Source of the DNA: Synechococcus elongatus PCC 6301
Lineage (GTDB): Bacteria; Cyanobacteriota; Cyanobacteriia; Synechococcales; Synechococcaceae
Reading direction: 5' to 3'
Assembly (NCBI RefSeq): GCF_000010065.1
Contig: NC_006576.1
Span: 1,530,001 to 1,562,000, forward strand
Length of the DNA: 32,000 bases
Below are positions 1-8,742 of the stretch, in pieces. The position numbers were made by a program, and so were the translations under genes. Within the stretch, counting starts at the first letter, position 1; each line of letters starts with the position of its first letter. The notes under the pieces are model-generated. The model was not told where the DNA came from, searched no databases, and saw nothing but the letters and a program-made list of their open reading frames with translations.

Positions 1-8
1 TCTATCCA

Positions 9-299
9 GTGCTACATGAGACCCTAGAAGCCTGCAACCTAAGTATTCTGCACAATTCAGCAGACTATCTAGTGGCGCGGGAACCGGCTGGCAAAGTTCC
101 TTTTTCGCAACTGGTTGTGACTGAAGTCTTGGTCAACACCACAATGGCAAAAGGCGATCGCATTTCGCTACAGTTCATTTGCAAAAACGAAGAACTGCCA
201 TTGAAGTCCAATAACCACTGTGAACAGGTCTTTCGTCGTCTCAGCGATCGTCTGCAGCAGACCAACGAATGGAAGCTGGTTGATTTTGTTGCAGCCTAG
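9..299 (+). CDS. hypothetical protein; may be 5'-truncated by the window edge
   Basis: 96-codon ORF from GTG at 9. The same frame has no stop back to position 3, so the true start may lie upstream of the window. No recognisable motif. Confidence 0.4.
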   Translation: MLHETLEACNLSILHNSADYLVAREPAGKVPFSQLVVTEVLVNTTMAKGDRISLQFICKNEELPLKSNNHCEQVFRRLSDRLQQTNEWKLVDFVAA

Positions 300-555
300 C
301 ACTGCGATTCTCGACCCCGCAGCCCAACACCGTTCCTCTTCAGTCAGGCCTCGCGCAGTTTTTTGAGGCAAGCTAGCACTGTCACCTTGGCAAGAACTGC
401 TACGAGTCAGATTAGGCCATGGCGATTGCCAGTCTGCTCAAGTCAGCTGAGTCCCTGAGCTAAAAACAGGATTTCTGCCAAAACACAATCGGGCAGCCAC
501 CCATAACTTCGGGATCGTTAGAATCAGGGTAACGTTAACTTCTGTAACGAAATTA

Positions 556-1167
556 ATGGCTTCCAGCGATCGCGGTACTTCCACTTTGCAGGGCTGGCAT
601 GCCTTACAAACGCTCTGGCGGGGCGATCAGCGATCGGTCATTCAGGGATTGCCCCACAGTCAACTCGCTCCCGCTTGGCAATTGCTCCTGCTGGGGGATG
701 GCTCGCCCACACGCCACCTACAGCTCCTGACAGGGGAACCGACTGCGGTGGACGTCATCGAAATGGCCCCGATCGCCGATCAAGATGACGGCGCCCCTCC
801 ACCAATCCGTGCGATCGCGGGGCCACGGCTACGGCGACAGGTCTGGTTGCGCACTGCTTCCGGTCAGCGTCTCGCCTACGCCACCTCTTGGTGGACCCAG
901 CAGCGGGTTGATGCCTACCTACGCGATCGCGCCCAACCGATTTGGGCCAATCTTGCCGATTTACGGACAGAGCTCTATCGCGATATCCAAGGCGTTGAAT
1001 ACGGTGATAGCGCCGCTCTGAGTGAGGCTTTCGGCCAGACTGGGCCGTTCTGGGGACGCTATTACCTGTTCTGGCACCAAGGACAGCCGCTGACGCTAAT
1101 CTATGAGGTGTTTTCGCCGGCGATCGCCACCTATCTCGGACCAAGTACACCTCAGCCTGTGGTTTAG
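556..1167 (+). CDS. chorismate pyruvate-lyase family protein (UbiC-like / DUF98)
   Basis: 203-aa ORF. The segment LLLGDGSPTRHLQLLTGEP and the overall length fit the cyanobacterial chorismate lyase (DUF98) family. Family assignment is by eye only. Confidence 0.6.
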   Translation: MASSDRGTSTLQGWHALQTLWRGDQRSVIQGLPHSQLAPAWQLLLLGDGSPTRHLQLLTGEPTAVDVIEMAPIADQDDGAPPPIRAIAGPRLRRQVWLRTASGQRLAYATSWWTQQRVDAYLRDRAQPIWANLADLRTELYRDIQGVEYGDSAALSEAFGQTGPFWGRYYLFWHQGQPLTLIYEVFSPAIATYLGPSTPQPVV

Positions 1168-2147
1168 TTCAAACCCAGTTCCCGCTTCAGCAGAGCGATC
1201 GAGGCCTCGCTGATGTAGCTTTTGCTGCAGAGCAAACGGGGTAAGCGGATCAAGTCGTCCCGAATCGCACTGACGCGCTGCTTGACGTTGTCAATGCTGG
1301 ATTGATCGCAGATGATCACCGACGCACTGCGCAGCATCGCTTCCAACTTGGTTTGGTCATTGGGCTGACAGGACATGATCAGCAGTGCTTCGCCGCGCAA
1401 GCTGTGGATGATAATTTCCGCCGCCCGCAGGATGCCCGGGCTAATACTGACAATGCCGATGCAGCTACCTTCCTTTTGCTGACTCAAGAATGAGAGTTCT
1501 TCGCGATAGTCGTAGAGATCCAGCGCGATCGTGCGAGCCCCAAGGCTAGCAGTAATCGCCTCGGCATCTTGGAAGAAGTAGTGGCTTGTGACCACAGTGC
1601 CGCTGTCTTTTTGTTTGAGGATGGCGCCCAACTCTTCCAAGGGAACCACTTCAACGGGCACACCCAAGGCTTGGGACAGCTCCCGATACATCAACTCCGC
1701 CGCTCCTAGGTCTTGCAAAGGCGCTGTGACTAGGACGCTGGCGCTACAGCGCAACCGCCAATCCACCTCTGCTAAGAACAGTTCACGGATCTCAGCTAGG
1801 GAGCAACCCTGCTGCAACAACGTGTCAATGTGATCACGAATCTGTTGATCGATATCGGGATACTGCTTGCGCAAGCGCTGACTCTTCGCCGTCTCACGAG
1901 GGTCATTGCCCCCCCGCACATAGATGCCGGAACCGGCCTGGGCTTCGACAACGCCGTCTTCTTCGAGCAGGCGATAGACCTTGCTGATCGTGTTGCGATG
2001 CAATCCCGTCTGCATGGCTAGCTGGCGGGTGCTGGGCAGCTTGTGCCCCGGCGGATACTGGCGAGACGCGATCGCGAAGTGAATCTGGTTGTATAGCTGT
2101 GTCGACGCAGGGATGTCGCTGTCGGCTTGGATGTGAAAACGAATCAT
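1164..2147 (-). CDS. plmA: GntR-family transcriptional regulator, PlmA-like (winged HTH plus a long cyanobacteria-type C-terminal domain)
   Basis: N-terminal GntR HTH signature (PSTRQLAMQTGLHRNTISKVYRLLEEDGVVEAQAGSGIYV) followed by about 250 aa that are not UTRA/FCD/aminotransferase-like. Size is 327 aa. The position four genes from glgX matches my recollection of plmA in S. elongatus. Confidence 0.75.
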   Translation of the reverse strand: MIRFHIQADSDIPASTQLYNQIHFAIASRQYPPGHKLPSTRQLAMQTGLHRNTISKVYRLLEEDGVVEAQAGSGIYVRGGNDPRETAKSQRLRKQYPDIDQQIRDHIDTLLQQGCSLAEIRELFLAEVDWRLRCSASVLVTAPLQDLGAAELMYRELSQALGVPVEVVPLEELGAILKQKDSGTVVTSHYFFQDAEAITASLGARTIALDLYDYREELSFLSQQKEGSCIGIVSISPGILRAAEIIIHSLRGEALLIMSCQPNDQTKLEAMLRSASVIICDQSSIDNVKQRVSAIRDDLIRLPRLLCSKSYISEASIALLKRELGLN

Positions 2148-2266
2148 TGATCCTGAACCGCCACAATCTGAGCTCCAGAATAGCGGGCGGGCTGTATCAA
2201 TCCAATCCCCTGTCGTGGGCGAGGGCGTGGCACACTGCCAGAGAGACTTCTGCGGAATTCACCATC

Positions 2267-3001
2267 ATGTCCACTGCGATCGCCACTGAATGGGTTAAGG
2301 TTCCAGCCCCCGATCTCGAAATTGATGCCTACGTAGCCGCGCCGAGCGAACCCGGTCGCTACCCTGCAGTAGTGGTGATTCAAGAGATTTTTGGCATCAA
2401 TAGCCATATTCGATCAGTGGTCGAACGATTGGCCAGACAAGGGTTTGTGGCGATCGCACCCGCTATCTATCAGCGCACCGCCCCTGGCATTGAACTGAAT
2501 TACACCGTCGAAGACATGGCGATCGGCAGCCGCCACAAGGAGCTGACCACCGCCCCGCAGCTGCTCAGTGATCTGGAGGCTGTCATTGCCTATCTCCGCA
2601 GTCGTCCCGACGCCAAGGCAGATGCTGTGGGCACGATTGGCTTTTGCTTTGGTGGCCATGTCGTCTATCTGGCGGCAACTTTGCCTGCTGTACAAGCGAC
2701 TGCCGCTTTCTACGGTGCGGGAATTGCGACCTTTACGCCGGGTGGCGGTGAACCGACGATCAGCCGCACACCTGCGATTGGGGGCACGGTCTATGCCTTC
2801 TACGGCACGACCGATCCGTTGATCCCTATTGAAGAAATTGACCAAGTCGAAGCAGCCCTGACTGCAGCTAGCGATCGGCATCGGGTTTTCCGCTATGCGG
2901 CGGGCCATGGCTTCTTCTGCGATCAACGCTCTGACTACGTTCCTGCAGCGGCTGCAGATGCTTGGGATAAAGTGCTGGAGCTCTACCACAGCACACTCTA
3001 G
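2267..3001 (+). CDS. dienelactone hydrolase family protein
   Basis: I chose ATG at 2267 (MSTAIATEW...) over the track start at 2099, which would overlap the divergent plmA start. Motifs seen: VVVIQEIFGIN, nucleophile elbow GFCFGG (Cys type) and C-terminal AGHGF. The 244-aa length is typical of DLH. Confidence 0.85.
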   Translation: MSTAIATEWVKVPAPDLEIDAYVAAPSEPGRYPAVVVIQEIFGINSHIRSVVERLARQGFVAIAPAIYQRTAPGIELNYTVEDMAIGSRHKELTTAPQLLSDLEAVIAYLRSRPDAKADAVGTIGFCFGGHVVYLAATLPAVQATAAFYGAGIATFTPGGGEPTISRTPAIGGTVYAFYGTTDPLIPIEEIDQVEAALTAASDRHRVFRYAAGHGFFCDQRSDYVPAAAADAWDKVLELYHSTL

Positions 3002-3012
3002 AGCTGTGTTCA

Positions 3013-3066
3013 GCAGAGGTTGCGACTTTGCGGGCTGAAAGTCTTGCAGAGTTTTTCGGCCTCTGC
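3013..3066 (+). other. nested inverted repeats between the DLH gene and tRNA-Asn (possible terminator or tRNA-precursor structure)
   Basis: Outer arms are GCAGAGG (3013-3019) and CCTCTGC (3060-3066). Inner arms are GACTTT (3024-3029) and AAAGTC (3038-3043) with an 8-nt loop. A T5 run lies at 3052-3056. Confidence 0.25.
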
Positions 3067-3085
3067 TAAGTTAATTCAGGTACGT

Positions 3086-3157
3086 TCCTCAGTAGCTCAG
3101 TGGTAGAGCGGTCGGCTGTTAACCGATTGGTCGCAGGTTCGAATCCTGCCTGGGGAG
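3086..3157 (+). tRNA. tRNA-Asn (anticodon GTT)
   Basis: Hand-folded cloverleaf. Acceptor stem TCCTCAG/CTGGGGA, D arm GCTC-AGTGGTA-GAGC, anticodon stem GTCGG/CCGAT with loop CTGTTAA, T arm GCAGG-TTCGAAT-CCTGC, discriminator G. No encoded CCA. Confidence 0.95.
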
Positions 3158-3193
3158 TTTAAAAGTTCAACCTTTGACTTTCAGGGAACTGGT

Positions 3194-3388
3194 CTAGCGC
3201 TGTTGGCCCGAAGTTACGGCATCGATCGCAATCGGATCAAACGTGATGGTGCCTAGAAGTTGAAAGAGCAGACAGCAAGCTACTAGGGACAACAAACCTA
3301 AACCGAGGCAACGAACGGCGACGGTAGGCGATCCCAAATCGAGATCTTGCCAAGTCAGGGGGCAATCGGAAATCGGCGGCTCGTCCAT
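3194..3388 (-). CDS. small hypothetical membrane protein (one predicted TM helix)
   Basis: 64-codon ORF with the hydrophobic stretch CLGLGLLSLVACCLLFQLLG. No other ORF occupies this gap. No homology recognised. Confidence 0.35.
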   Translation of the reverse strand: MDEPPISDCPLTWQDLDLGSPTVAVRCLGLGLLSLVACCLLFQLLGTITFDPIAIDAVTSGQQR

Positions 3389-3612
3389 AGGAGGGGTTTG
3401 TAGGATGATGGATGGCCTAGATTAACGGCTGCGATCGCGATCGTCCGGCTTTCTTCACCCCTTGCAACACAATTCAACTGTTTGAAATTGCGTCTAGCAG
3501 TCTCTTGGTATCTGCAGGTGACAGAACAGTTAATAGTTATTGCAAATACTCAGATATTGACTCAGAAAAATACTGGTCAGTTCTGAAGCTAAAAAATGTC
3601 GTTAGCCCGGGA

Positions 3613-4335
3613 CTAGAGGAGCGGCTGAGCTTCCGATAGCGCAGACCAGTCCAGCTGTTGCAGCTGCATGTAGGCCGAGGCGATTGCTTTGCGGCCGCGC
3701 AAAAAGCCACTGCTAGCACCAGGGCAGATCCAAGCCAAGGTTTCAGAGCTGAAGCGATCGCAAAGCATTTGAGTATTACGGATTTGACGCGGCCAGTGAA
3801 AGGTCTTGGCGGTGCGAAGTGGGGCAACCCCCCCTGCGCGAGTTGGCAGCAAATGGCGACCTGTAAAGAGAACACCACCGTGCCCCTCCCAATACAGGCA
3901 AGCGGAACCCGGACTGTGGCCACAAGTCCAAATAGCAGTTAAGGCTGGAGCGATCGCCTGTTCCTGTTCAAAGGTTGTGACGTTTGCGCCGGGCAATAGG
4001 TAGGCTTCCTGCTCTTGCACCACCAAGTCGCAGTCAAAGTGTTGCTGAATGGCGATCGCTTTACCAAAAGCCCCGCGATGGGTCAGAAAGACCCCTTGCA
4101 AACCACCTTGCTCCTCGACAAAAGCCTGGGTTTCGCCATGCCAAGCCGGTGCATCAATCAACCAGTTGCCCTGGGGCAATTTCAGGAAGTAGGCTGTCCC
4201 CCCTAGGGTGTCGCGGTTGGGCGCAAACGCCCACAGACCATCCAAAACAGGCTGGGGAGGCTTGGCGATCGAGGAGGCAGCAGGCGGCGAAACAGACACA
4301 GCGGTTGAGGAAGGGAACTGTTGCGATCGTGCCAC
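3613..4335 (-). CDS. metallo-beta-lactamase-fold protein with a degenerate metal-binding motif
   Basis: MBL-like layout: WLIDAP ... VFLTHRGAFGK where THxHxDH is expected ... TCGHSPGS ... LFTGRHLL. 240 aa. Confidence 0.65.
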   Translation of the reverse strand: MARSQQFPSSTAVSVSPPAASSIAKPPQPVLDGLWAFAPNRDTLGGTAYFLKLPQGNWLIDAPAWHGETQAFVEEQGGLQGVFLTHRGAFGKAIAIQQHFDCDLVVQEQEAYLLPGANVTTFEQEQAIAPALTAIWTCGHSPGSACLYWEGHGGVLFTGRHLLPTRAGGVAPLRTAKTFHWPRQIRNTQMLCDRFSSETLAWICPGASSGFLRGRKAIASAYMQLQQLDWSALSEAQPLL

Positions 4336-4406
4336 GCTTAACCCGCTCTTGGTAAACGGAGCAAAAAGCAGTCCGATAGATTGGATGAAGCGGATTCCCT
4401 GACGTA

Positions 4407-5918
4407 ATGCTTTTTCTGCTTCTCTGGTTAATCCTTCTGGCGGTTGGTTCTTACTGGATGTTGCAGCGCAATGTGCCGCGCCTCAGCCGCACGCCAGTCT
4501 GGTTGCTCTGGCTGGTGCTGATGATGCCTGCCTTCATTTGGATTGGCTGGGGACTCCTACTCGGTCAGCAGGGGGGACAGCTCCCGTTTGTGATTTTCCT
4601 GCTGCCGCTGCTGATTAGTTCACTGCTCTACTGGACGTTGCTGCAATGGGGACGCCTCCCACCCAGCCGATCGCTGCCTACCAATGAGACCGAAGCAGCA
4701 GCGATCGCGGCAGCCTCAGAGACCTTGCAAGTGGCCAGTGCCCCACCGGCGCGATCGCTGACCGCAGAGGAAGAAGCCCAGGTTCGTCAGTGTTTTCCCT
4801 TCGATCGCTTCAATCTGCAGCGACTGGAATATCGCTATCAAGCCGTCATTTGTCGGGGAAATTTGCGAGGTGATCCCGCCACAGTTTATGAGCAAGTGCA
4901 GACGGCAGTGCAGCAACAGTTTGGCGATCGCTTTCTGGTGATGCTGCGAGAAGACAATGCCGGCAAGCCCTTTTTTGCCCTGATTCCCAACCCCCTGCGC
5001 CAACAACCTCGCCTGGCCCTCAAGCCCATGCTAGCGCTGGTGCTGTTGGGGCTGACGCTACTGACCACAACCTTGGTGGGCTTTGTACTTAGCTATGCGG
5101 GTCAACTGGCCGAAATCCAGCCCCAGCTAGCAAGATCCTTAGAAGACAATCCAGCGGCACTGTTGCGCGGTTTACCCTACGCCCTCTCGCTACTCGCGAT
5201 TCTCGGCGTACATGAATTTGGCCATTTCTGGGCTGCTCGTAAACACCGCCTGCAAGCGAGCTTGCCCTACTTCATTCCGGTGCCCGCTTTCTTAGGAACC
5301 TTTGGCGCCTTTGTCCGTATCCGCAGTCCGATTCCCGATCGCAAGGCTCTGTTTGATGTGGGCGTCTCGGGTCCCCTCGCGGGTTTGGTGATCACCCTGC
5401 CGCTGCTGATCTGGGGGCTGACACAATCTCAGGTGGTGCCGATGCCAGAGCGGTCCGGGCTGCTCAACTTCTCAGCCCTTGATCCGGGCGTCTCGATCCT
5501 GATGGGGTTGATCAGTCATCTCAGTTTGGGCGATCGCCTAGGACTGAATCAGGCCCTGCAACTGCATCCCGTCGCGATCGCGGGTTACTTGGGCTTGATT
5601 GTCACGGCCTTGAACCTGGTGCCCGTCGGCCAACTGGATGGCGGTCACATCGTCCATGCCATGTTTGGCCAGCGCCAAGGGGCAGTCATTGGTCAGGTGG
5701 CGCGTCTCTGCATCCTCGCCCTTTCCTTTGTGCGATCGGAACTCCTGCTCCGGGCACTGTTGTTATTGTTGCTTCCAGTCGCCGATGAACCGGCGTTGAA
5801 TGACTTGAGTGAACTGGATGATCGCCGCGATGGCATTGGCTTCTTGGCCCTCTTTATCCTCATTTTGATTGTTTTGCCCTTGCCACCAGTCTTGCAGCAG
5901 TGGCTAACGGCGCTCTAA
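4407..5918 (+). CDS. site-2 protease family (peptidase M50) integral membrane metalloprotease
   Basis: HEFGHFWAARKH (HExxH inside a TM segment) and NLVPVGQLDGGH (the second M50 metal-ligand motif). Multiple hydrophobic helices. Confidence 0.85.
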   Translation: MLFLLLWLILLAVGSYWMLQRNVPRLSRTPVWLLWLVLMMPAFIWIGWGLLLGQQGGQLPFVIFLLPLLISSLLYWTLLQWGRLPPSRSLPTNETEAAAIAAASETLQVASAPPARSLTAEEEAQVRQCFPFDRFNLQRLEYRYQAVICRGNLRGDPATVYEQVQTAVQQQFGDRFLVMLREDNAGKPFFALIPNPLRQQPRLALKPMLALVLLGLTLLTTTLVGFVLSYAGQLAEIQPQLARSLEDNPAALLRGLPYALSLLAILGVHEFGHFWAARKHRLQASLPYFIPVPAFLGTFGAFVRIRSPIPDRKALFDVGVSGPLAGLVITLPLLIWGLTQSQVVPMPERSGLLNFSALDPGVSILMGLISHLSLGDRLGLNQALQLHPVAIAGYLGLIVTALNLVPVGQLDGGHIVHAMFGQRQGAVIGQVARLCILALSFVRSELLLRALLLLLLPVADEPALNDLSELDDRRDGIGFLALFILILIVLPLPPVLQQWLTAL

Positions 5919-5926
5919 GGACTGCC

Positions 5927-8011
5927 ATGACTGTTTCATCCCGTCGCCCTGAATCGACCGTGGCTGTTGACCCCGGCCAAAGCTATCCCCTCGGGGCAAC
6001 CGTCTATCCCACCGGCGTCAACTTCTCGCTCTACACCAAGTACGCGACGGGCGTTGAATTACTGCTGTTTGATGACCCTGAGGGTGCCCAGCCTCAACGG
6101 ACAGTGCGCCTCGATCCGCACCTCAATCGCACCTCTTTCTACTGGCATGTTTTTATTCCGGGCATTCGCTCCGGTCAGGTCTATGCTTACCGCGTCTTTG
6201 GCCCCTACGCACCTGATCGCGGCCTCTGTTTTAACCCCAACAAAGTGCTGCTGGATCCCTACGCTCGCGGGGTTGTCGGCTGGCAGCACTACAGTCGCGA
6301 AGCGGCTATTAAACCCAGTAATAACTGCGTTCAAGCCCTGCGTAGCGTGGTTGTTGACCCCAGCGACTACGACTGGGAAGGCGATCGCCATCCACGCACA
6401 CCCTACGCTCGCACAGTAATCTATGAGCTGCATGTTGGCGGCTTCACCAAGCATCCCAATTCCGGCGTCGCCCCTGAAAAACGTGGCACCTACGCTGGTC
6501 TAATCGAAAAAATTCCCTACCTGCAATCCCTCGGCGTCACGGCCGTTGAGTTGCTGCCGGTGCACCAGTTCGATCGCCAAGATGCCCCCTTAGGACGCGA
6601 GAACTACTGGGGCTACAGCACCATGGCTTTTTTTGCGCCCCACGCAGCCTACAGCTCTCGCCATGATCCACTTGGTCCAGTTGATGAGTTCCGCGACCTC
6701 GTCAAGGCGCTCCACCAAGCAGGGATTGAGGTGATTCTCGACGTGGTGTTCAACCACACTGCTGAAGGGAATGAAGACGGTCCAACGCTGTCTTTCAAAG
6801 GTCTAGCGAATTCAACCTACTATCTGCTGGATGAACAGGCGGGCTATCGCAACTACACCGGCTGCGGCAACACCGTCAAAGCTAACAATTCGATCGTGCG
6901 ATCGCTGATTCTCGATTGCCTGCGTTATTGGGTCTCGGAAATGCACGTCGATGGCTTCCGCTTTGACCTTGCGTCGGTGCTGAGTCGTGATGCCAATGGC
7001 AACCCCCTATCGGATCCGCCCTTGCTTTGGGCGATTGATTCCGATCCGGTTTTGGCCGGTACGAAGCTCATTGCTGAAGCTTGGGACGCAGCCGGCTTAT
7101 ATCAGGTTGGTACCTTTATTGGCGATCGCTTTGGGACTTGGAACGGTCCCTTCCGGGACGATATTCGGCGTTTTTGGCGTGGAGATCAGGGCTGTACTTA
7201 CGCCCTCAGTCAACGCCTGCTGGGTAGCCCCGATGTCTACAGCACAGACCAATGGTATGCCGGACGCACCATTAACTTCATCACCTGCCATGACGGCTTT
7301 ACGCTGCGAGATCTAGTCAGCTATAGCCAGAAGCACAACTTTGCCAATGGAGAGAACAATCGGGACGGGACCAATGACAACTACAGCTGGAACTACGGCA
7401 TTGAAGGCGAGACCGATGACCCCACGATTCTGAGCTTACGGGAACGGCAGCAGCGCAATTTGCTCGCCACGTTATTCCTCGCCCAGGGCACACCGATGCT
7501 GACGATGGGCGATGAGGTCAAACGCAGTCAGCAGGGTAACAATAACGCCTACTGCCAAGACAATGAGATCAGCTGGTTTGATTGGTCGCTGTGCGATCGC
7601 CATGCCGATTTCTTGGTGTTCAGTCGCCGCCTGATTGAACTTTCCCAGTCGCTGGTGATGTTCCAACAGAACGAACTGCTGCAGAACGAACCCCATCCGC
7701 GTCGTCCCTATGCCATCTGGCATGGCGTCAAACTCAAACAACCCGATTGGGCGCTGTGGTCCCACAGTCTGGCCGTCAGTCTCTGCCATCCTCGCCAGCA
7801 GGAATGGCTTTACCTAGCCTTTAATGCTTACTGGGAAGACCTGCGCTTCCAGTTGCCGAGGCCTCCTCGCGGCCGCGTTTGGTATCGCTTGCTCGATACT
7901 TCACTGCCGAATCTTGAAGCTTGTCATCTGCCGGATGAGGCAAAACCCTGCCTACGGCGCGATTACATCGTCCCAGCGCGATCGCTCTTACTGTTGATGG
8001 CTCGTGCTTAA
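5927..8011 (+). CDS. glgX: glycogen debranching enzyme (isoamylase-type GH13)
   Basis: N-terminal YPLGATVYPTGVNFSLYT (CBM48-like) and GH13 regions VILDVVFNHT, GFRFDLAS, EAWD, FITCHDGFTLRDLVSY. ATG at 5927 is preceded by AAGGA and is preferred to the GTG at 5900, which overlaps the M50 gene. Confidence 0.95.
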   Translation: MTVSSRRPESTVAVDPGQSYPLGATVYPTGVNFSLYTKYATGVELLLFDDPEGAQPQRTVRLDPHLNRTSFYWHVFIPGIRSGQVYAYRVFGPYAPDRGLCFNPNKVLLDPYARGVVGWQHYSREAAIKPSNNCVQALRSVVVDPSDYDWEGDRHPRTPYARTVIYELHVGGFTKHPNSGVAPEKRGTYAGLIEKIPYLQSLGVTAVELLPVHQFDRQDAPLGRENYWGYSTMAFFAPHAAYSSRHDPLGPVDEFRDLVKALHQAGIEVILDVVFNHTAEGNEDGPTLSFKGLANSTYYLLDEQAGYRNYTGCGNTVKANNSIVRSLILDCLRYWVSEMHVDGFRFDLASVLSRDANGNPLSDPPLLWAIDSDPVLAGTKLIAEAWDAAGLYQVGTFIGDRFGTWNGPFRDDIRRFWRGDQGCTYALSQRLLGSPDVYSTDQWYAGRTINFITCHDGFTLRDLVSYSQKHNFANGENNRDGTNDNYSWNYGIEGETDDPTILSLRERQQRNLLATLFLAQGTPMLTMGDEVKRSQQGNNNAYCQDNEISWFDWSLCDRHADFLVFSRRLIELSQSLVMFQQNELLQNEPHPRRPYAIWHGVKLKQPDWALWSHSLAVSLCHPRQQEWLYLAFNAYWEDLRFQLPRPPRGRVWYRLLDTSLPNLEACHLPDEAKPCLRRDYIVPARSLLLLMARA

Positions 8012-8050
8012 AAACAATGCAAACTTCACCGTTTCAGCTGGTGATTTTCG
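7976..8050 (+). repeat. direct repeat copy A (75 bp): last 11 codons plus stop of glgX, a 5-nt spacer and the first 11 codons of the HAD gene
   Basis: Aligns without gaps to 8743-8817. The first 47 nt are identical, with 3 mismatches in total (8023, 8025, 8027). Confidence 0.9.
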
Positions 8051-8704
8051 ACTGTGATGGTGTGCTTGTTGATAGCGGAACGCATCACTAATCGCGTCTT
8101 TGCAGACATGCTCAATGAACTGGGTCTGTTGGTGACTTTGGATGACATGTTTGAGCAGTTTGTGGGTCATTCCATGGCTGACTGTCTCAAACTAATTGAG
8201 CGACGGTTAGGCAATCCTCCACCCCCTGACTTTGTTCAGCACTATCAACGCCGTACCCGTATCGCGTTAGAAACGCATCTACAAGCCGTTCCTGGGGTTG
8301 AAGAGGCTTTGGATGCTCTTGAATTGCCCTACTGTGTTGCGTCCAGTGGTGATCATCAAAAGATGCGAACCACACTGAGCCTGACGAAGCTCTGGCCACG
8401 ATTTGAGGGACGAATCTTCAGCGTGACTGAAGTACCTCGCGGCAAGCCATTTCCCGATGTCTTTTTGTTGGCCGCCGATCGCTTCGGGGTTAATCCTACG
8501 GCCTGCGCTGTGATCGAAGACACCCCCTTGGGAGTAGCGGCAGGCGTGGCGGCAGGAATGCAAGTGTTTGGCTACGCGGGTTCCATGCCCGCTTGGCGTC
8601 TGCAAGAAGCCGGTGCCCATCTCATTTTTGACGATATGCGACTGCTGCCCAGTCTGCTCCAATCGTCGCCAAAAGATAACTCCACAGCATTGCCCAATCC
8701 CTAA
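8017..8704 (+). pseudogene. HAD-superfamily (subfamily IA-like) phosphatase, disrupted by a 1-nt frameshift
   Basis: ATG at 8017 encodes MQTSPFQLVIFDCDGVLVDS (HAD motif I, DxDG), then runs into TAA at 8089. The rest of the protein (ERITNRVFADMLNELGL ... VIEDTPLGVAAGVAAGM) continues in the +1 frame to 8704. Removing one G at 8077/8078 restores a 228-aa HAD protein. Confidence 0.7.
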
Positions 8705-8742
8705 CCCCTGCTCGCGCCGCAACTACACACTAAACCGTTCCT

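Noticed and set aside
347-369. Hairpin GGCCTC...GAGGC(C) after the first ORF as a terminator, and TAGAAT at 519-524 as a -10 box for the chorismate-lyase gene.
   Set aside because: The stem is only 5-6 bp with a 12-nt loop that contains the T-run rather than preceding it. The -10 candidate has no convincing -35 element. Both are too weak to report as features.
2099-2266. Upstream extensions offered by the ORF track: the DLH gene from 2099, glgX from GTG 5900, the ABC ATPase from 21840, yjbQ from TTG 13802 and rfbG from TTG 28405.
   Set aside because: The extensions overlap neighbouring genes or add non-conserved, Cys/Arg-rich residues. Internal ATGs align with the expected family N-termini, and for rfbG the ATG forms an ATGA coupling overlap.
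2414-2989. 191-codon minus-strand ORF. Similar long antisense ORFs occur at 755-1150, 9188-9517, 16176-16673, 16674-17255, 20074-20772 and 8868-9281.
   Set aside because: Each lies entirely inside a gene on the opposite strand that has strong motif support. They have Arg/Cys/Gly-rich, low-complexity translations typical of shadow ORFs in GC-rich, HIP1-rich DNA.
3086-3612. tRNA-Asn as a possible genomic-island integration site, with an AT-rich 3' flank at 3530-3600.
   Set aside because: No integrase gene is present, I found no duplicated copy of the tRNA 3' end in the window, and the flanking genes look like core genes.
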